A stretch of DNA of 64,000 nt. Origin: Candidatus Yanofskybacteria bacterium (GTDB taxonomy: Bacteria; Patescibacteriota; Minisyncoccia; 2-02-FULL-40-12; IGHO2-12-FULL-4). The stretch covers positions 22,728 through 86,727 of the forward strand of contig JACPNK010000006.1 in NCBI GenBank assembly GCA_016185525.1. The letters are read 5' to 3'. The notes beneath the pieces are model-generated. The model saw only the letters and a program-made list of their open reading frames with translations. It ran no database searches and was not told the origin of the DNA. Below, in pieces: positions 60,361 through 64,000 of this stretch (position 1 is its first letter; every line of letters starts with the position of its first letter). The position numbers and the translations under genes were made by a program.

Positions 60361-62181
60361 ATGGAAGACAATGTCCAAAAAATAAAGGAGAGGGTGGATA
60401 TTGTTGACCTCATTTCCGGTTATTTAAAACTTCAAAAGGCGGGTGTTAACTACAAAGCCAGATGCCCGTTTCATAGTGAGAAGACGCCTTCCTTTTCAGT
60501 TTCTCCGGAGAGGCAGATTTGGCATTGTTTTGGTTGCGGCAAGGGTGGCGACCACTTCACTTTTATAGAAGAAATTGAAGGAACTGACTTTCCGGAAGCT
60601 CTAAAAATGCTGGCAAAAAAAGCCGGCGTTGAGCTTCGTGATTTTGACCGTTCTTTCCAAAACGAAAAAACCAAGTTGCTGGAAATTTGCGAGTTGGCAG
60701 CCAAATTTTTTGAAAAACAGCTTTGGCGTTCTAACGTCGGACAAAAAGCCCTTGCTTATCTTAAAGAGAGGGGAGTGCAAGATGATTTTATAAAAAATTT
60801 CAGGTTGGGTTTTGCGCCGGAGTCATGGCAGAGTCTAAGCGATTTTTTAAACAGCAAAGGCTATCGGAATCAGGAAATTTTTGAATCAGGAATGTCTATC
60901 CGCCGCGAATCCAGAGACGGATTTTATGACCGCTTTCGTTCAAGGATAATTTTTCCAGTAACTGACGCCAATGCTCAAGTTGTGGGTTTTACCGGAAGGA
61001 TTTTTCCCGACCAAAAAGATAAAGACTCCTCGGATTTTAAAGAAGCAAAATACATCAATACGCCGCAGACGCCAATCTACGACAAAAGCAAAATTCTTTA
61101 CGGTTTGGATAAGGCAAGAAGCCAGATAAAAAAGGTTGACCAGTGTCTGGTGGTGGAGGGCAACATGGATGTGGTTTTGTCTCACCAGGCAGGAGTTGTT
61201 CACGCGGTGGCTTCTTCAGGAACGGCGCTGACCGACCAGCATCTTAAAGTCATTAAGCGATTTACCAATAATCTTAATCTGTGTTTTGACCAAGATTCGG
61301 CCGGCTCAAACGCAACCGAGAGAGGAATTGCTTTAGCTCTTGAAAATAACTTTAACGTTTCAGTTTTGGGTATAGATGATCCGGAGTGCAAAGATCCTGC
61401 CGACTTTGTAAAAAAATTCGGATTGAAGTGGCGGGAACAAGCAAAAAACTCCAAACCCCTGATAGAGTTCTATATAGAGCATTCTTCCAGATTGTTTGAT
61501 TCCAGTACGGCTGTCGGTAAAAAAATGATTGCCGATAAAGTTTTGCCGTTTATAAAGACCATACCCAATGAGATAGAAAGGTCGCATTGGGTCGGTGATT
61601 TGGCGGTCAGGCTGGCGGTTAAAGAAGAAACCCTGATACGGCAGATGGAAACGATGCAGAACAAGTTGTCGGACGCCAAAACAATTTCAAGCGTTTCCAA
61701 CAAAAAAGAACATTTTTTTGAGTCGGCAAGTTTTGACCTGCTGGAGGAATACTTAATTTCTCTGCTGATGCTGAAACCGCAACTGGCTTCCGGCGCGGAC
61801 CAGCAGAAAATTGGCTTTTTTTCTGATAAACTGGCAACGATTTTTTCCGCTCTCGCCGGCTATCTGAACGAAAAACCTTTTGAAAAAGCCATTGATTATA
61901 TTTTACAAAAATCTGCGGATAAAAATTTGGGGCTTGAGAAGATGTATTTAGAAAAATTATATTTACAAGCCCAAGAAGTTAACTTTGATGACAAGATGCT
62001 GGCCGAAGACTTTGATATGGCACTAAAGAGGCTTCAAGAAAGAAAGGTAAAAGCCAAAATGGTTGACCTGGAGTTGGCCATCAAGAAAGCCCAAAAAGAA
62101 CAAAATAAAGACCTGACAGCAAAATTAATAAACGAAGCCCAGATCACAGCCAGTTTTTTAAATAGCGTAAAGACAATATAA
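60361..62181 (+). CDS. dnaG: DNA primase
   Basis: CPFHSEKTPSF, DRFRSRIIFP, KYINTP, VEGNMD, KDPAD. Confidence 0.98.
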   Translation: MEDNVQKIKERVDIVDLISGYLKLQKAGVNYKARCPFHSEKTPSFSVSPERQIWHCFGCGKGGDHFTFIEEIEGTDFPEALKMLAKKAGVELRDFDRSFQNEKTKLLEICELAAKFFEKQLWRSNVGQKALAYLKERGVQDDFIKNFRLGFAPESWQSLSDFLNSKGYRNQEIFESGMSIRRESRDGFYDRFRSRIIFPVTDANAQVVGFTGRIFPDQKDKDSSDFKEAKYINTPQTPIYDKSKILYGLDKARSQIKKVDQCLVVEGNMDVVLSHQAGVVHAVASSGTALTDQHLKVIKRFTNNLNLCFDQDSAGSNATERGIALALENNFNVSVLGIDDPECKDPADFVKKFGLKWREQAKNSKPLIEFYIEHSSRLFDSSTAVGKKMIADKVLPFIKTIPNEIERSHWVGDLAVRLAVKEETLIRQMETMQNKLSDAKTISSVSNKKEHFFESASFDLLEEYLISLLMLKPQLASGADQQKIGFFSDKLATIFSALAGYLNEKPFEKAIDYILQKSADKNLGLEKMYLEKLYLQAQEVNFDDKMLAEDFDMALKRLQERKVKAKMVDLELAIKKAQKEQNKDLTAKLINEAQITASFLNSVKTI

Positions 62182-62193
62182 AAATAAAACAAA

Positions 62194-63417
62194 ATGCCTA
62201 AAACCAAAAAAATAAAAAATAAAAAACCTTTGAAAAAAAAGAAACCTGCCAAGGCCAAAAAAGCCAAGTTTCATGTTTCAAAAAAACAGAGCAAGCCAAA
62301 GGCAAAACCGGCAAAAAAACCCGCCAAAGTTAAGGTTCCCAAGGAGTTGATTAAAGAAGAAGACATTTTAAAGTTGATTGAAAAGGGTCGTCATCGCGGT
62401 TTTGTTACCGAGTCGGAAATTATGCACACCTTTCCGCATATTGAAAAAGATATTGAGGGATTGGAGAGGCTGTACGAGAGGCTGGAGTCTTCAAACATCA
62501 ACATTATTGAAACGGGCAGAGTCTTTGAACAGGATCGGGCTAAAGAATTTGAGGAAAAGAAAAAATTGGAAACCGAACTTGGCGATATTTCTTCAGACTC
62601 GGTGCAAATGTATTTGCGGGAAATTGGCCAATATCCGCTTTTGCGGGCCGAAGAGGAAGTTGACTTGGCTAAGAAGATTTTAGAAAGCGACGAAGCGGCC
62701 AGACAAAAACTTATTTTATCCAATTTGCGTCTGGTGGTTTCAATCGCTAAAAAATATATCGGGCGTTCGGCAAATTTAACTCTTTTGGATTTAATCCAAG
62801 AGGGTAACATCGGTCTTTCAAAAGCCGTTGAAAAATTTGACTACAAAAGGGGCTACAAATTCTCAACTTATGCAACTTGGTGGATCCGGCAGGCTATTAC
62901 CCGCGCTTTGGCAGACCAGGCCAGAACCATCCGTATTCCAGTGCATATGGTTGAAACGATAAACAAGTATCAGCAAGTGGTCAGAAGGTTGGTGCAGGAT
63001 TTGGGGCGGGAGCCTTTGCCGGAAGAAGTCGCTATGGAAATGGGGATGGATATAGACAAAATCAGGCATATTATTAAAATTTCCCAAGATACAATTCCTT
63101 TGGAAACTCCGGTGGGCGATGACGACGAAGACAGCATGCTGGCGGATTTTATTCCTGACGAAGACAGCATCTCGCCGGCGGTTTCAGCGGCGCGCAGGAT
63201 TTTGAAGGATCATCTGGTTGAGATTATTGCTGACCTGACTCCGCGTGAACAAAAAATTCTTGAGATGAGATTTGGCTTGAATGATGGCGTTCTGCATACT
63301 CTTGAAGAAGTCGGCAAAGTTTTTGCCGTTACCCGCGAACGCATCCGACAAATTGAAGCGAAGGCGTTAGAGAAAATCAGACAGCATCATAAGGCGGAGA
63401 AGCTTAAAGGCTATTAG
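62194..63417 (+). CDS. rpoD: Primary sigma factor RpoD
   Basis: [40 protein letters not shown]. Confidence 0.98.
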   Translation: MPKTKKIKNKKPLKKKKPAKAKKAKFHVSKKQSKPKAKPAKKPAKVKVPKELIKEEDILKLIEKGRHRGFVTESEIMHTFPHIEKDIEGLERLYERLESSNINIIETGRVFEQDRAKEFEEKKKLETELGDISSDSVQMYLREIGQYPLLRAEEEVDLAKKILESDEAARQKLILSNLRLVVSIAKKYIGRSANLTLLDLIQEGNIGLSKAVEKFDYKRGYKFSTYATWWIRQAITRALADQARTIRIPVHMVETINKYQQVVRRLVQDLGREPLPEEVAMEMGMDIDKIRHIIKISQDTIPLETPVGDDDEDSMLADFIPDEDSISPAVSAARRILKDHLVEIIADLTPREQKILEMRFGLNDGVLHTLEEVGKVFAVTRERIRQIEAKALEKIRQHHKAEKLKGY

Positions 63418-63638
63418 CCTTTAAGCTTCGGAGTCCAGCCCTTTCTAAGACTTTAAAGAAAGAGCTGTGGCAGATAAGCTTAAGGGATATTAGTGAAATT
63501 TCTAATTTCCCCGTAAAGGGCCAGTGGCCCCACGGGGCTTTACTGGCTAATTAACCTAATTTCTAAATTCTAAACGAACGCCTATTTGTAAAAACACTGA
63601 AAATAGCGTAAATTTGTCTTAGTTTGAAAATTAAATAT

Positions 63639-63910
63639 TCCCCGGTAGCTCAGCGGTAGAGCGGCTCGCTGTGAAATAACGCAGCTACCTAGAGAAATCT
63701 AGGATGAAAAACTTTGGGATAACGGTGAAACCTTTTTTAAAATGGTAACACCGTGGGAACCACGTAAAATGCTAAGGCATCACGTGGGCGCCGTAGAGAC
63801 TAGATACCGAAGCACCCAACAGTAGGGTGGTGATATAGTCCATCCCACTACGAAAGTAGTGGACAAATGTAACGAGAAGGTCGTAGGTTCGATCCCTACC
63901 CGGGGAGCCA
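63639..63910 (+). tRNA. tRNA-Asn(GTT) interrupted by a group I intron
   Basis: Exons 63639-63672 and 63870-63910 join to CTCG-CT-GTT-AA-CGAG; TCCCCGG/CCGGGGA acceptor; CCA. Confidence 0.92.
63673..63869 (+). ncRNA. Group I intron (197 nt, no ORF)
   Basis: IGS GCAGC pairs with exon GCTGT (U:G), GTAGAGACTA and GATATAGTCC P7 elements, terminal G. Confidence 0.9.
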
Positions 63911-64000
63911 AAAGTTGACACAGTACAGTTTTAGTGTTACTGTACGATCAGTTCTCGTTAGATTAAAGTCAAAAATAGGGTGCAAATGAAAAAATCTATC

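Overview
Window from an AT-rich bacterial chromosome that looks like Patescibacteria/CPR (Parcubacteria-like; inferred from the compact RpoB/RpoC, the CPR-type DGRs and the gene repertoire). Housekeeping content: 3' end of 23S rRNA, an expanded 5S rRNA, rodA, rpoB, rpoC, ftsK, recA, rpsF-ssb-rpsR, ychF, trpS, rnj, secG, uvrC-like, a MoxR/VWA (Bat-like) operon, groES-groEL with CIRCE, pyrG, rdgB, murD, dnaG, rpoD, tRNA-Leu, tRNA-Ser and a tRNA-Asn split by a group I intron. The accessory region 19.5-34.2 kb is the most notable part. (1) Three integrase-less cassettes are stacked in tandem in the 5' end of ychF, each leaving a displaced ychF start (MQIGIV-like) beside a conserved end sequence. 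(2) The innermost cassette is a complete diversity-generating retroelement whose avd and RT genes overlap head-to-head across one G10 tract; at G9 or G12 both genes read from upstream ATGs, suggesting a single phase-variable ON/OFF switch (a homopolymer sequencing error is not excluded). (3) A second DGR keeps its target, VR and TR but has lost almost all of avd and RT. (4) A serine-recombinase element at tRNA-Leu contains an internal inverted copy of its own attP. Also present: a two-copy covarying structured element after rpoC and recA, a 70-nt tRNA-like RNA with Ala identity, an (AACC)24 tract, and short palindromes inserted in frame in several genes.
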